Shown one piece after another: positions 1 to 12,709 of a stretch of DNA of 64,000 nt. Made by a program: the position numbers and the translations under genes. Positions within the stretch are counted from its first letter, which is position 1, and every line of letters begins with the position of its first letter. The notes under the pieces were generated by a model, which was not told where the DNA came from, searched no databases, and saw only the letters and a program-made list of their open reading frames with translations. The DNA comes from Adineta vaga (Eukaryota; Animalia; Rotifera): the NCBI GenBank assembly GCA_021613535.1, contig CP075495.1, forward strand, positions 7,936,001 to 8,000,000. The letters are read 5' to 3'.

Positions 1-387
1 TTTCAAACCATATTTTTTATCGAGAAGCACACTAGTTTAAAAAGAAAATTGAATGAACAATCATAAATCGTATTTTGTTTTTCATACCGATGTTGTTGTT
101 GAAATTTCCATAATTTTGTATAGATATCAAATGTACGTCCAAAATAAGGTTGCCATTGTTTATGTCCATATTGTGGAAGATCTCTGTAAATAAATCTATG
201 CATCATAGTTTATCAATTCTTGAAAATATTACCTCAATCCATTGAATAATTGTTTCGATTTTTCTAATAGATGACCAAATTCTTGAACAATTTTTTCTTC
301 ATAATCTTCATTATGATTTTCATTAAATTGTTGTTGATCAGTCGGTGATGTATTTTTTTCTGTTGGCGTCATACCTGCTGCTGTCAT
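1..387 (-). CDS. SCAI: Protein SCAI homolog, 5' part (runs off the window start)
   Basis: Spliced translation MTAAGMTPTEK...EEKIVQEFGHLLEKSKQLFNGLR|DLPQYGHKQWQPYFGRTFDIYTKLWKFQQQHR matches the conserved SCAI N-terminus. Short GT-AG intron at ~186-232. Confidence 0.9.
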
Positions 388-739
388 ACTTGTCTTATCA
401 TGAGGAAAAAGATGTTCTTTTCGTCAAAATCTATAAAATACAAAAAAAGACTCAAATAAATCGATTAATTAGAATGTTTTTGTTCACGTTTGCATTTATT
501 TCCATGATTAATCGCTTATTCGTTAGAGATATGGACGGAAAAATGAAATAACAACATAAATACAATTACAATATGAAGAAGCACACGGAAAGATTCAAAA
601 AAGAAAAATTGATTCTCTAAAGTTACAAATTCACAATAAGAATACGATAATTAAGCAAACATTTGCATGCTGGCAAAATTATAAAATTTATCAAGCTGTT
701 CATTTGCATCATTCGCTGATTGACTTATAAAATCTAGAA

Positions 740-2238
740 TTAGAAATTAAACATTTCTTTTTCCTTGAAAATAAGATTAAATGTTGAATCCTTACGAGGT
801 AAATTGGAATATTTTGTTGTAAGTAAAGTTCGTAAGGCTTGTTGACATAATTGTACACAATTTGTACCAGCAAATTCCAATCCGAGTACAGGACCTTTAT
901 TTACTAGTGAACTGTACGTTTTAATACCAGAAAATAAGCGTTCAGCACTCATTTCATTGATTGTATAAAATTTCGTCTGAACAAGTACAAGCTAAATTTA
1001 ACAAAAATGAATCTTATTATTCGATTATAGAAAGACGATTCATATACTTCAGATTGTTTGGTCATAGCGATTAATTCTCGAGCACAAGCACTAGCATTTG
1101 CATCATGAAATAATACAACTAAACAACGCTAAAATTTAATCAAGCAAATTTTTTGTTTTTCTTTCGCTACAATCAATTCGATTGATCTTACTTCTTCATT
1201 TCGATGACGATATAATTCTCCATACGTAAATGGTGTAACACTTGTTTCCATACTATCATTTATATTTAAATGACTACATGATGGATCAATTGGAATTGGT
1301 AAATGTTTAAATACATTCTCATTCTATTGCAAAACAAAATCAAACTATTGATTCAATACAAACTTCATAATCATACTTGATCAAGTAAACTGTAATTTTT
1401 TGAATCAGGAATTGAAGTAAAATCATGAATATTTCCCCAAGTATTATTCCATGGATTAATACCAGCTGAACTGTATTGTTCTAGAATTTCAATGAATATC
1501 TAAATAAATATATATCTATTCTTTTTTTGATTTATTTTTACCTGATAAATGTTGATAATTAAATGTTAAACATCCAAATTTGATATTGTGTGATGATTCA
1601 ATAATTGGTTGACTACCACAGGTTAAGTAAACATGTAGATCTCGACAATCTCGTGTACGAAATTGTTGACAGATTGTTGCTAATACACAATTTGTTGAAT
1701 CTCGAATGAAAATACTGAAAAAGAAAACATGTTTTTGATCAGATCTAATCGATATCTAAATATACCTTCCACGAACTGGACCAATAAAAATACGACAATT
1801 GGTACAATCATCAATTTGTATTTGACCAGTATGATCAAAAACATAAACAATACAATTCTATAGGAAAGAAATCAATCAATTGATAATCTAACGATTCGTC
1901 GCATTAACTCACGTCACAATTTTGTACTAGAAGACGAAAAAAAAAGTCTTTTTTTTTTAGAACAAAAACAAATGTGCAAAAGTTACCTATGAACTGTTGT
2001 CCATTGATTGAACCTGGTAACCGATAAACAGTTTGATCTTTCAATTTGTCAAGAATAAAATCTTCTTTTCTTATTGCTTGTCGATCTTCACGTTCCCTAA
2101 ATGAACAAAACTCTCTATATATATATACGGACATATTAAATATGCGCGATTATTCTACCAGGAAAATACTTGACGCGGTGTTTCTACAATATCAGCACTA
2201 GCCGAAGGACGCAAGAAATATGAGAATAAGCATCCCAT
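740..2238 (-). CDS. RP2: XRP2/RP2 (ARL3 GAP; TBCC-like beta-helix plus NDK-like C-terminus), multi-exon
   Basis: Starts MGCLFS (dual acylation motif). Exons encode [54 protein letters not shown], the C-CAP/cofactor C signature of RP2. Confidence 0.92.
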
Positions 2239-2539
2239 ATTTGACAGCAATGTCCAAATCAATACAAAAATGGAACGAGAGGATAGTTTTTCTTTTTCTT
2301 CCTGTTGTTTACGCTCTCATGTCATCGTCGATCAAGAGATCTGCTTTTCGTCCATAGTTTACCCAATGCATTCCATTCTTCCATTGCTTAACTAACTTAT
2401 TGGAATGCAGAGAAAGAGAAGAGAGGACGAATGTCTGTATCGCCATGGCACTCTTCTCTTCTGGCATAACAGACAGTTGTTCGATTCGATGATAAGAATT
2501 GAATGTTTTATTCTTTCTGATACAATCAATCATTAGATC

Positions 2540-2991
2540 ATGTCTCAACAAGGTGCTGCTTTACAAAATTATAACAATGAATTAGTTAAATGTATGGTTT
2601 TTCTATTGATTTTTCATTATGTACACAAGAGAGTTTTCTTTGTATTTAGGTATTGAAGATTTATGTGGAAAACGTGATGAATTACAACGACAAATTTTAA
2701 TTGAAGAAGAAGATAAACATAAAATCGAAAATGATATACGTTTAGCAAGTGAAAAACTTGCAAGAATCAATGAAAATCTTGCTAAAAAAGTAACTGCACG
2801 AACTGAATTCGATCGAACAATCAGTGAAACAGAAGCTGCTTATATGAAAATTCTTGAAAGTTCACAAACATTGCTCAATGTAATTCCAATCTTTTTCTTC
2901 TTCATAATTTTTCAATGACTTATTTATTTGTTTTTTTGTTCAGGTACTCAAACGTGAATCACATTCACTTCGTACTAAAGTTGACGATTAG
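2540..2991 (+). CDS. SSNA1: SSNA1/DIP13 centriolar-ciliary coiled-coil protein, 3 exons
   Basis: [17 protein letters not shown]|[12 protein letters not shown]...[18 protein letters not shown]|VLKRE matches the SSNA1 family pattern. Introns at ~2592-2650 and ~2880-2943. Confidence 0.95.
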
Positions 2992-3068
2992 TGTCATACT
3001 TTATATATTTACTTCCATATATAAAAATTAAGTCATTTTTCTTTCTTTACTTTTCTTGTCAGACACAT

Positions 3069-3755
3069 TTATTTGTATATTAGAAATAAATATAAAATAA
3101 ATACAATCAAACAAAAATGTATTTCGATCGAACTAAATCGAAATCTAAAAGCTGAATTTGTATAACATGATTTAATTCCATGTGAAATTTTTTCTAAACT
3201 AGTTGAATTGATACATAATGTCTTTTCAACATATTCCTCAAGTTCTTTCAAATATTCATCAGATAAAATTGTTGTACGACTAAATATCCATAAAATTCGA
3301 TCTGCACATTGATGTTCAACTAGATAATTTACTGACATGCAGCTATAAATCAATGCATAATGTTCATAATCCGTTTTTAAAATATAATATGGCCAATTTA
3401 ATGTTGTAGTATTGTTTAAATCTTTCTTTTCAAGAATCATCTTAGCACTTGAGTTTATATTTAATAACCATGGACCAAATGAAAAACATCGTTCTTCATG
3501 AATGAATCGTGCTCTACCACGTGCAAGAATAGATTCACTTGAATTTTGATCTAATTCAAATGATTGAGTAAAATCGTGCACTTCATCGAATTCATTTTCG
3601 ATAGCATTTGAAAATCCTTCAATTTCATACCATATACCAAGAAAATGATGAATACTAAAATTTGATTGAATTGATAAATTTGCAAATCTTGGTATCGTAC
3701 ATGTTGTTGAATAATGAATAAGAAGAAAAACTTCTATCATCCAAATTTTATACAT
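3069..3755 (-). CDS. Lipocalin (apolipoprotein D/Lazarillo-like), intronless, signal peptide and hydrophobic C-tail
   Basis: Lipocalin SCR1 QSNF...FLGIWYEI, SCR2 YYILKTDYEHYALIYSC, SCR3 LWIFSRT. Hydrophobic N- and C-termini. Confidence 0.85.
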   Translation of the reverse strand: MYKIWMIEVFLLIHYSTTCTIPRFANLSIQSNFSIHHFLGIWYEIEGFSNAIENEFDEVHDFTQSFELDQNSSESILARGRARFIHEERCFSFGPWLLNINSSAKMILEKKDLNNTTTLNWPYYILKTDYEHYALIYSCMSVNYLVEHQCADRILWIFSRTTILSDEYLKELEEYVEKTLCINSTSLEKISHGIKSCYTNSAFRFRFSSIEIHFCLIVFILYLFLIYK

Positions 3756-4755
3756 ATCAATCGATCGTTTTATTTCTACACTTATCTCGTCAGAAATATA
3801 CTGATGTAAAACAATCCTATGTCATCAATCTTATATACAAAACGAAGTGTGAAAAAAAAAGAAGAAATCAGTAGATAAACCAATCGAACATAGTTCGTTT
3901 TTGTGTACTTATTTTCGAAGTATATTAGTATACATACAGTAGTGGAAAAAATAAGCTGTCGAAGAACTTTTTCTTTCTTGATGGATGTCCTAATTTCTAC
4001 CTAGTATTTCAAGGCAAAAGAGATCGACAATTTTTCCTATTTCAAGATATCAGTTCATTGATAGATTTTACTACGTACGAAAATTGAGGTCTATTTACGA
4101 AAACATGCGAATTTTTCAAAAAAAAGAGAAGATTTCTATTCAATTTTCAATTATTGATTAAAGTTTATCCTTCAATGTCTAATGACAGATATTGTCATTC
4201 AAACAAAATTTTCTTTTCTAAGACACAAGATCAAATTACATATCAATCTTTCCTAACAAGATCGAACAGATCAAATAACTTTCATTCTTTTCTTTTTCAA
4301 TAGATTAATATTAAAAAAAAAAAAAAAAAGAAAAGACGATTCAATTTATAGGTAAAGTGTCAAATACCGATTTTTCACTTTCTTTTTTCTCTTGTTAAAG
4401 ACCTTTAAAAAAACAATTAACTATAACGAAACTATTCAATAAGAAAAGAAAACAAATGAACAAAAGAAACGTCGAAATAAACAACCTTCGCACACATGAA
4501 CTATACTGCTCAAAAATGGAGAAAGACAATATGTACGAGATTGCGAACAAACCGCATTAGATGATAGATACTTGTTAGAAACAAAAAGTAACAAATAGAT
4601 ACAATGTGTGATGTACACGTAGAACATCGATTCACACCATATATAAACAAGAACAATAAGAGACAACACATATACAGGCAAAAATACTTAAGAAAGAAGA
4701 CAAAGAAATGATTAAATTTGTTTGTTTTGTACAATATTTATAAAAATTTTCATAA

Positions 4756-6293
4756 TCATTTATTAATATTCTTACTGAGTTTTAATTTTTCATAGACATT
4801 AGCAAACAAATCGTTGTAATTGGTTGGTTCATAGGATGATTTGATATTGATTTTTTTATTTTCAAATAAAACTTCATCATATAATGAAACATCATGTTCA
4901 GGCGTTGAATAGATATTGGATTGAAGTGAAGTTACAGAATATTCATTCGATTGTTTTTCAACTAATTTTTTGTAATGATTTAATTCATTTTGAAGTGAAT
5001 CAATATCATCCCGATGTTGTCGTTCAAGTTGTGTCATATGATTGATGAGATATTGTTTGTCTTGTTCAGATTGATGAAGTTTATCATTCAAATTTGAACA
5101 TTCCGATGTTAAAGATTTAATACGTAATTTCAGTTCAGTAAGATGTGTTTTAAAAATCGAAGTGGATGAAACATCAAAAATATTCGATGATGGTGATGAT
5201 GAATTCTGTGTTGAATTAATATGAATTGATTGAGAATATCGTCGTGATCGTGATTTTGATGGTGTAATTGATGGTGATGTTTGAACAGGAGAAGGGATTG
5301 ATTTGGGAAAAAATTGAGTAGAAAATTGTTTTAAACGAAATCTTTCATATTCATGTTCAATTTCAAGACATTGTTTACGTGTTTTGTCACATAGATCAGA
5401 CAATCTAAAGATAATATAATTATAGGTATAATCTATAAATAATGATTTCATTTTCTTAACTATCAATGTCTCTGTTTTGAACTAGTCGAGAATAAGATAC
5501 GATGGTCAGATATAGACAATATGAATCTATATGATAAAAATATGTCTTTGTATGTCTATATACATCTTCTCTTAGTCTTATGGTTGAATGAATTTCTTTA
5601 TAGAAAAGAACTTACTCTTTAACACGTTGTCGTTCTCGTTCATTATCGCGACGTTGTTGAGCAAGTTCTCGCTCCAGATCGAAATTTGTTGCATCCAATA
5701 TTTCCGTTTGTTTGCATTTAGTGTCAAGTTGTTCACGAGTTGATTCAAGTTTAGTATGTAATAACTAAAACCATAATATAGTTATGTGTTAATCCTTCAT
5801 ATGAAAAGAAACGAGATCTATACATATATGTCTATCTATTTATATCGTTATTTAAAATCGATTAAAATAAGAAAATGATCAGATTGTGTAATGTTTATTC
5901 TAATCTTCTTACTTTTATATCGCACTGTTCATCATCGATTTGTTTTTGTAAAACGCCAATATAAGTTTGTAATTCTTGATTTCGTTCAAGTAAACATCGA
6001 CCAAGTTCAGCAGCTAATTGAAGATCTAGAATAGTGTCAAGTATGAATAATGATAGAGTTAAATTTCTTTTGAAAAATTTCAGACCTTTGTCATAATCAT
6101 CGGAAGTTGAAATGGTTGATGTTGCAGTTGTTGTTGTTGTTGTTGTCGTCGCTGTTTTCGAAGATGACGATAGAGATGTATTGTTAAGATCGAATTCGGC
6201 ACCATCCATGACTGATAAAAGCATTATAGAAGCTTGAACATGACGATTAACCTGAAATAAGTGACGTTTTTGTGGTGGCATTGGTGAAACCAT
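4756..6293 (-). CDS. CDR2/BICD-family-like coiled-coil dynein adaptor, 4 exons; start may be at 6209 instead
   Basis: DLQLAAELGRCLLERNQEL is a CC1-box (AAxxG) as in CDR2/HAP1/BICDL. In-frame exons at ~6085-6293, ~5913-6026, ~5616-5764 and 4756-~5404. Confidence 0.7.
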
Positions 6294-9200
6294 GATCTTT
6301 CTCGCTTCGTTATTTATTCTAATTATTTATCGAACTCAATTGAGCATGTTTCGAAAAAGAAAGCGAACGACGAAAAAAGAAGAGTCTGTCGAATATATGT
6401 GGTAGGAAGCAAGAGAGAAAGAGACAGAAGAAGGAGAATGAAAAGAAATACTCTGTATACTTCTTGTTCATTTTTTTCGCTCGATTTTTTTATTTTATTT
6501 GAAGGATTGAAGGTGGAGACTAATTAGAACAATGTACTCAAATCTACTACATTAACCAGTGAGACGTGCTTCGAAAAAGAAGAACAAGAGAATAGAAGTA
6601 ATTTATGAACAAATAATCGAATCATCTTCATTCACCCTTTCTTTGTTTCTTACTTGATTTGATTTGATTTATATATGTATGTGTACGAACAATATAATGG
6701 TGAATGAGTTTATATACCATCAATTCTTCTCTTTTTTTCCTTATAGTTTAGATACATATAGGCATGTGTGTATACTGTTTTCCTTTCCTTTCTTCCGACC
6801 GCTTAGTTCTAGATGAGAGATAAGTATTCTATATATGTGTCATTTTCAGCAAGAAAAAAACCAAGAAAATCATTGGTAGTAACAGAAACGATAAGGACAA
6901 ACGACGGATACAGACCATTATTGTCGTCGCTGGCACTGTCGTCTCATATAATACATATAAACATCGCAGAAAAGGAAAAGAAAGAAGAGAACGAAAGAGA
7001 GAGAGAAAGAGTAAGGAAGAAAGATAAGCTAAGGGCCTACTATCTATATTGTCGTTTACTCAAAGATTATATAGGCCTTATAACCGTGCGTATAAACAGC
7101 TGTATATATGTATGTAAGATGAATCGAAAAGATGTATGTGTTCAAACATAAAGTTTCATTGTATACCTTTTTTGTTCATAAAGGTGTCAGATCAATATCA
7201 TCAATTTTTCTCCCCCCCTCTCTCTCTCTCTGTGCCTTCGTTTGCTTCTTCTTCTCATTTTTTACATAATAGCTTCTATAACGATTAATGCGACTGCTTC
7301 TTGCTGACACAATTTAGTCAGTATGTGCTTTGCTTCGAGTTACACCACTATGATCGGTCGACCTCGAACACTGCATACGATAAGACGATGTTATATTTAT
7401 TTTTATTATATGTCGTCGTTAGCATCTTTTTGCCTTCCTTGTTCTTGTCCATCTGAAATTGATGAATTGACTAACACCATTTTGTAATGTTGTATACATA
7501 TAATCTTATTTAAACTCTAGTAATTGTTGATTTTTCATCTATTTCGTATATCTACACATTACATATCATTAACAATTTGTTCTTTTTTTTTCTTCTTACT
7601 CGAATAAAACTAAATCCTTGACATCTCTCACATTCATTTCATTGATCGGAAGAGAACGAGAAAAGAAAGTAATACCTTCTTAGATCATGTCTTCGTAAAT
7701 TTCTTTCAGCTTATCAAAGAAATCCAATAATTGTTCATATATATATATATACATATACATGTATTTATCAAATATGAAAGTCAAATACTTACAGAACTAC
7801 AATTTGAAGAGAAATGATCATTTTTAATCGTCCAAGTAGACATCGTATGAATTTTTTCGTACACTGAATATAAATAACTGACGAAATGGTTCGTCGCAAT
7901 GATCCTTTTGTACATGATCATAATACTTGGTATTATTTTATGACGTCATATAATGAAAGCATATTTTTATATGCCTTTACTTGTTTCTTTGGGTATATAA
8001 TTGTCTTTGATACATTATTCAAGTATCTTATCTTTGAAATTTTCGTTCGTCTTTTAGTTTCATAATATTTCAATCAAATCAATTGAGATAATGTACATGT
8101 CAGATTTCATTACAATATTTCATTATTTTCTATCATACGATCATTATATTTTTGACAGAAAATAATTTGAAACTATGTCATACTTTTTGTAACAAGAGAG
8201 TATATAACTATGCAAATATCTATAGAATATTTTACTGATCAGTATATCTTTCAAGTGAATTACGCTTATCTGTTGATAAATAAATATGACTGCAGTCAAG
8301 ATATGTTGAGGGTCATAATTGTATAATTTCGGTTCATGTAGGTATTTCGAAGAAAAAACATGAAGAAGATGTCTGACAGAGAAGATCATTATATGATTTC
8401 TTTTACTATGTATATATTTGATTATTTACTTATTTATCACGTCCAGTAATATATGGCTTACTGCTAGATGATAATGTCCTCTTAATCTCACTCAATGGAA
8501 ATTTTATTAGCTATCACTTTTAACTTTGAAATAGTAGTACATTTGTTTTTCTGCTTAATGATGAACCAATTGCTCAACTATGTCAGAAAAACGAAACGAA
8601 TACATATGAAAATAAATTCGATATGATGTAATGTAAAGTAATACTTGATGCGATTGAGGAAGTCTCAAAGGCTGTATATAGGATACACACAGATGTATCA
8701 TTGTCTGCTTCGACCAACTTAACTTTAATCGTACAATTCAACGTAGATAAATTACCAGATGTAAAAAAAAAGTATATGATAACGGAAGTATAAAAAAAGT
8801 TAGTTCATATAGTTATGTATGATATTGTTGGTTGCCAAACAATCGATTAATCTTGACTCGTCATGTTGTTTTTTGTCTACTTACATATTGATTCATTCTA
8901 TTCTTATTATTTATGCGCACTTTTCAAGGTTAGTTGACGAGAGAATTTATATCAAATGATATTAAGTTATTTTATAATTGCACGATGAGTGTCCCGTTTT
9001 CATGTTACTCTTTTTTAATACAAAAAATATTTGATGGAATCTTGATTTTGTTGTCGTATTGCTCTATTAAAACACTTGCTTTTCGTTCTGTTTTTGTCAT
9101 ATCAGTTGTTATTTCTGTTTGGCAAAGAAACCTTGCCACCAACGCCCATATATACGTCAGCTAAAAAGAAAAAGTTCGATAAGAAGGCAGAGATAGATAT

Positions 9201-9314
9201 GAATCAGCATTGTCGTCAACACAACATTTAAATAGGCGTTCTCTTTTTTTTTAAATAATAGTAGTTACATAAGCGTCAACTGATACACAACAAAAATACA
9301 CACTAAGCTTCGTT

Positions 9315-11368
9315 ATGAGCAACTATCCTTATGGAAATCCAGGTGGTGGTTATCCATCATCCTATGGCATGGGTAACAGTGGATATCCAAATTATCCACC
9401 GAATAATGGTTACCAATCAGTACCACCACCATTACCAATGTATGGTGATAATCAATCTTGTGCATCCTTTTATGGTGCACCAGCACCTCCTATGCCTGGT
9501 AACAATAACTATTCAACACCATCTTACGGTGCAAATCAAATTCCAGGCAACTCATTTGGATATGGTGGTGGTAGTAATTACCCACCGCCAGTACAACAAC
9601 AGCAATATGGAGGTAGATAAAAATAAACGATTGAAAATGAGCCATGTACATATGTTTTAGGCTATGGAAATTCACAATATCAAACACCCTATCCTCCAGA
9701 TATGTCATCATCATCTGGTGGATTATATCCAAATATATCAATGCCAACTCCTTCATCTAATTATGCTGTAAGATTGAATATTTTTCTAGAAATTATCTAG
9801 TGCTTTCTTAGGGAAGTGGCCCAGCTCCTTCATATAACTCCTATCCTTCACAGCCATCAGTTTATTCACAAGAACCACCATCTGTTGTACTTGCTAGTTT
9901 GGAACAATATCAAGGTACAATTTTTTCAGCACCAAACTTCCATGCAGAAGCTGATTGTCAAGCATTATCTGCAGCAATGAAGGGTGCAGGTAAATGAGAA
10001 AGAAAATAATAATAGTATGTATTGATTATTTATTTATAATCGTTTATTATTTTAAGGTACGAATGAACGTGCTCTGATCGATATTATTACTAATCGATCA
10101 AATGCACAACGTCAACAAATAAAACTACAGTATAAATCAATGTATGGTGTGGTATGTTTATTACGAAGACAAGATGATTCAATTGGAAGTATACTTTTCT
10201 TTTATATTCCATTTAGGATTTAGTTAAACAATTAGGTGGAGAATTAAGTGGACATTTTAAAGAAACGATAACTGCTTTATTTGATTCACCAGCAAATTTT
10301 GATGCATGGTCAATACATGAAGCTTTAAACGTTCGTATTATTATCACAAATATGTACTGATCTATATTACGCTTCTTCTTCTTCTTCTTACAGAGAAATA
10401 AGGAAGGTACACTACGTGAAATTCTACTTACAAGAACAAATAGTGAAATACAAGGAATTGTTGATGCATATAGACGATGTAAAGCATTTTTATCTTGATG
10501 TTTTAATCATTCATATTTTAATGACATTTGTAGTATATAAAAAGGAATTAGAAAAAGAAATTAGTAATCGTGTACGTGGTACTGATTTTAAACGAATACT
10601 GGTTTCAGCTGTACAGGTATATGAATTTCTTAAATTATTCATCGATTATTATTATATATTCGTTTAAGGCCAATCGTGAAGAATTGAGTCCAGGTCAAAT
10701 TCAACAAGCACGTCAATCGGGTATTGAAAGTATTCTTGATCGGTAATGATTTTAACAGTTGAACAAAAGTTGTTTCAAAATTCGTTCGTCTTCTCTTCTT
10801 AGTAATCGTGCTCGTCAAGATGCCGATGATTTATACAAAGCTGGTGCTGGTAAATGGGGAACAGATGAGCGAACATTTAATGCTATTTTTTCACAACGTT
10901 CATACTATCAACTTCGTGCTGTCTTCGAAGAATATCAGAAAGTAAAGTTATTACATAAGAAAATTCAGATAGATTATCAGTTTATTCTAACTTCTTTTCC
11001 TATTGAAATAGAAACATCGACAAGATATTGCTCAAGTAATTCGATCAGAATTTTCTGGTGATGCTAAAGATGCTTATCTTGTTCTTATCACATGTATTCG
11101 AGATCGACCAACATATTTTGCTGAACGTATTCATCATGCTATACAAGGTTTAGGAACAAAAGATTCAACACTTATTCGTGTAATTGTCACACGATCTGAG
11201 GTAAAATATTGATAAGCAGAAGAACTAATGACGATTTATTTATAATAGATCGATCTTGTCCAAGTAAAACAACGATATCAACAAATGTATAATCGTTCAT
11301 TAGGTCAAGATGTAAGTGGAGATACATCAGGTGATTATAAACGTATTCTTTTATCTATTGTAAAATAA
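9315..11368 (+). CDS. Annexin with long Gly/Pro/Tyr-rich N-terminus (A7/A11 type), multi-exon
   Basis: Low-complexity GYP-rich N-terminus followed by annexin repeats [48 protein letters not shown]. Confidence 0.93.
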
Positions 11369-11387
11369 GATTAACATTTTCTATGTA

Positions 11388-11406
11388 TGTGTGTGTGTGT
11401 GTGTGT
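11388..11406. repeat. (TG)n microsatellite in the annexin 3' region
   Basis: Run of tgtgtgtg directly visible. Confidence 0.8.
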
Positions 11407-11599
11407 CAAAAAACAATACTTCTCTTCGAAATGTATCCCGATGATTCCTAATTTCAATTAAGATTTCTGTTCATGCATTGTATAAATAAAATAATATAAT
11501 AGAAAGATTGATCTCAATTTATTCCTTTTAAAGAAAAACTTGAATCAGTATCATAGAAGTAGATGTTATTTATCAATGATATTCTATCGTATTATTGCA

Positions 11600-12088
11600 C
11601 TAGCCCAATGATGTCAGTAACTGTTGAGCTAATAAAGCATGATTACCATTATTTAGAAGTGCTTGAAATGTTGCTTGATTCAACGCTCCTAAATATCATA
11701 TTATTGAAAGATAAGAATGAAATTTTTACTTCTCACCTGTTACAGGAACACCTAATACATTTTGAAGAGCAATCCAAGCTTGTCCAACTCCTGCTTGTTG
11801 ACATACTGTTTGAAAAGCGGGTGCTAGTTGTGACTGAGGCCACCATTGATTAAACAATTGTTGGGCTTCATAACATTGCGTTGGATTTCTTTTAAATACG
11901 AAAAAAGATACCTTCAAAAAAAATCAAGAATAAAAGTCGAATATCTACCCTCCATGACCATAATGACCATGGCCATGCCCGTGTCCGTGCCCATGTCCGT
12001 GACCACCACCACCAGCACTAACCAAATGTATGGTAATAAATGTTAAACATAGAACAGTAGTAAAAATGATCCACTGATTGGTGTGCAT
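11600..12088 (-). CDS. Novel 126-aa secreted protein: signal peptide, (Gly-His)n tract, PGBD-like helical C-terminus; 3 exons (12088-11949, 11888-11737, 11688-11600)
   Basis: Two canonical GT-AG introns join in phase: MHTNQWIIFTTVLCLTFITIHLVSA-GGGGHGHGHGHGHGHGHYGHGG-NPTQCYEAQQLFNQWWPQSQLAPAFQTVCQQAGVGQAWIALQNVLGVPVTG-ALNQATFQALLNNGNHALLAQQLLTSLG*. Confidence 0.8.
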
Positions 12089-12709
12089 GTTATTTTCAAA
12101 AGATTTGTATATGATTTGACAAGTCAATGATGTAAATATATATATACAACTAAGATTTGAAGTCTTAACAATGAAGTAATGTACTTTGAATCCTGAAAGT
12201 AAATTTTATTTGAAATTTAAACTTATTTATCAATATGGATAACTATATTTATCACATCCTTGTTGTTATGTCATTATATGACTTCTCATTTTAAAATTAG
12301 CTCTTCGTTTTATGAAGTTTATTTGAACAGACAAATGTTTGCCAAGAATGGATCAACTAATAACAATTGATGTTCTTATTGAAACGAAATTTAATCGCTT
12401 CGAGAAAGACTCAATATTGACAAGAACTTTGTGAGGGTTGTTAAGAAAGAATCTTTAAAATGATTGCATAGTCAAAAATTATTAAACATAAACGGTTATT
12501 AAATATTCTTCCACAAGATAGATTATTGTTCGAATTTTTTTATAGTTTTACATTATTCATTCTTCAGTTTATACTTCGATTCTAAGAGTATTACAAACTG
12601 CTTATTTTTACATGTCTTTTGTGATCATATACGTTCGAAAATAAAAGATAAAGTTTAATATAAGCAAAAGGTCAATGAAGTGTAAAATAAGAAAAATCAA
12701 GAATTTCTC

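Noticed and set aside
6300-9300. Short ORFs (6813-7151, 8144-8389, 8934-9164) and possible decayed coding sequence at ~7670-8070
   Set aside because: Low-complexity or compositionally random translations without recognisable motifs; likely promoter/UTR sequence between divergent genes.
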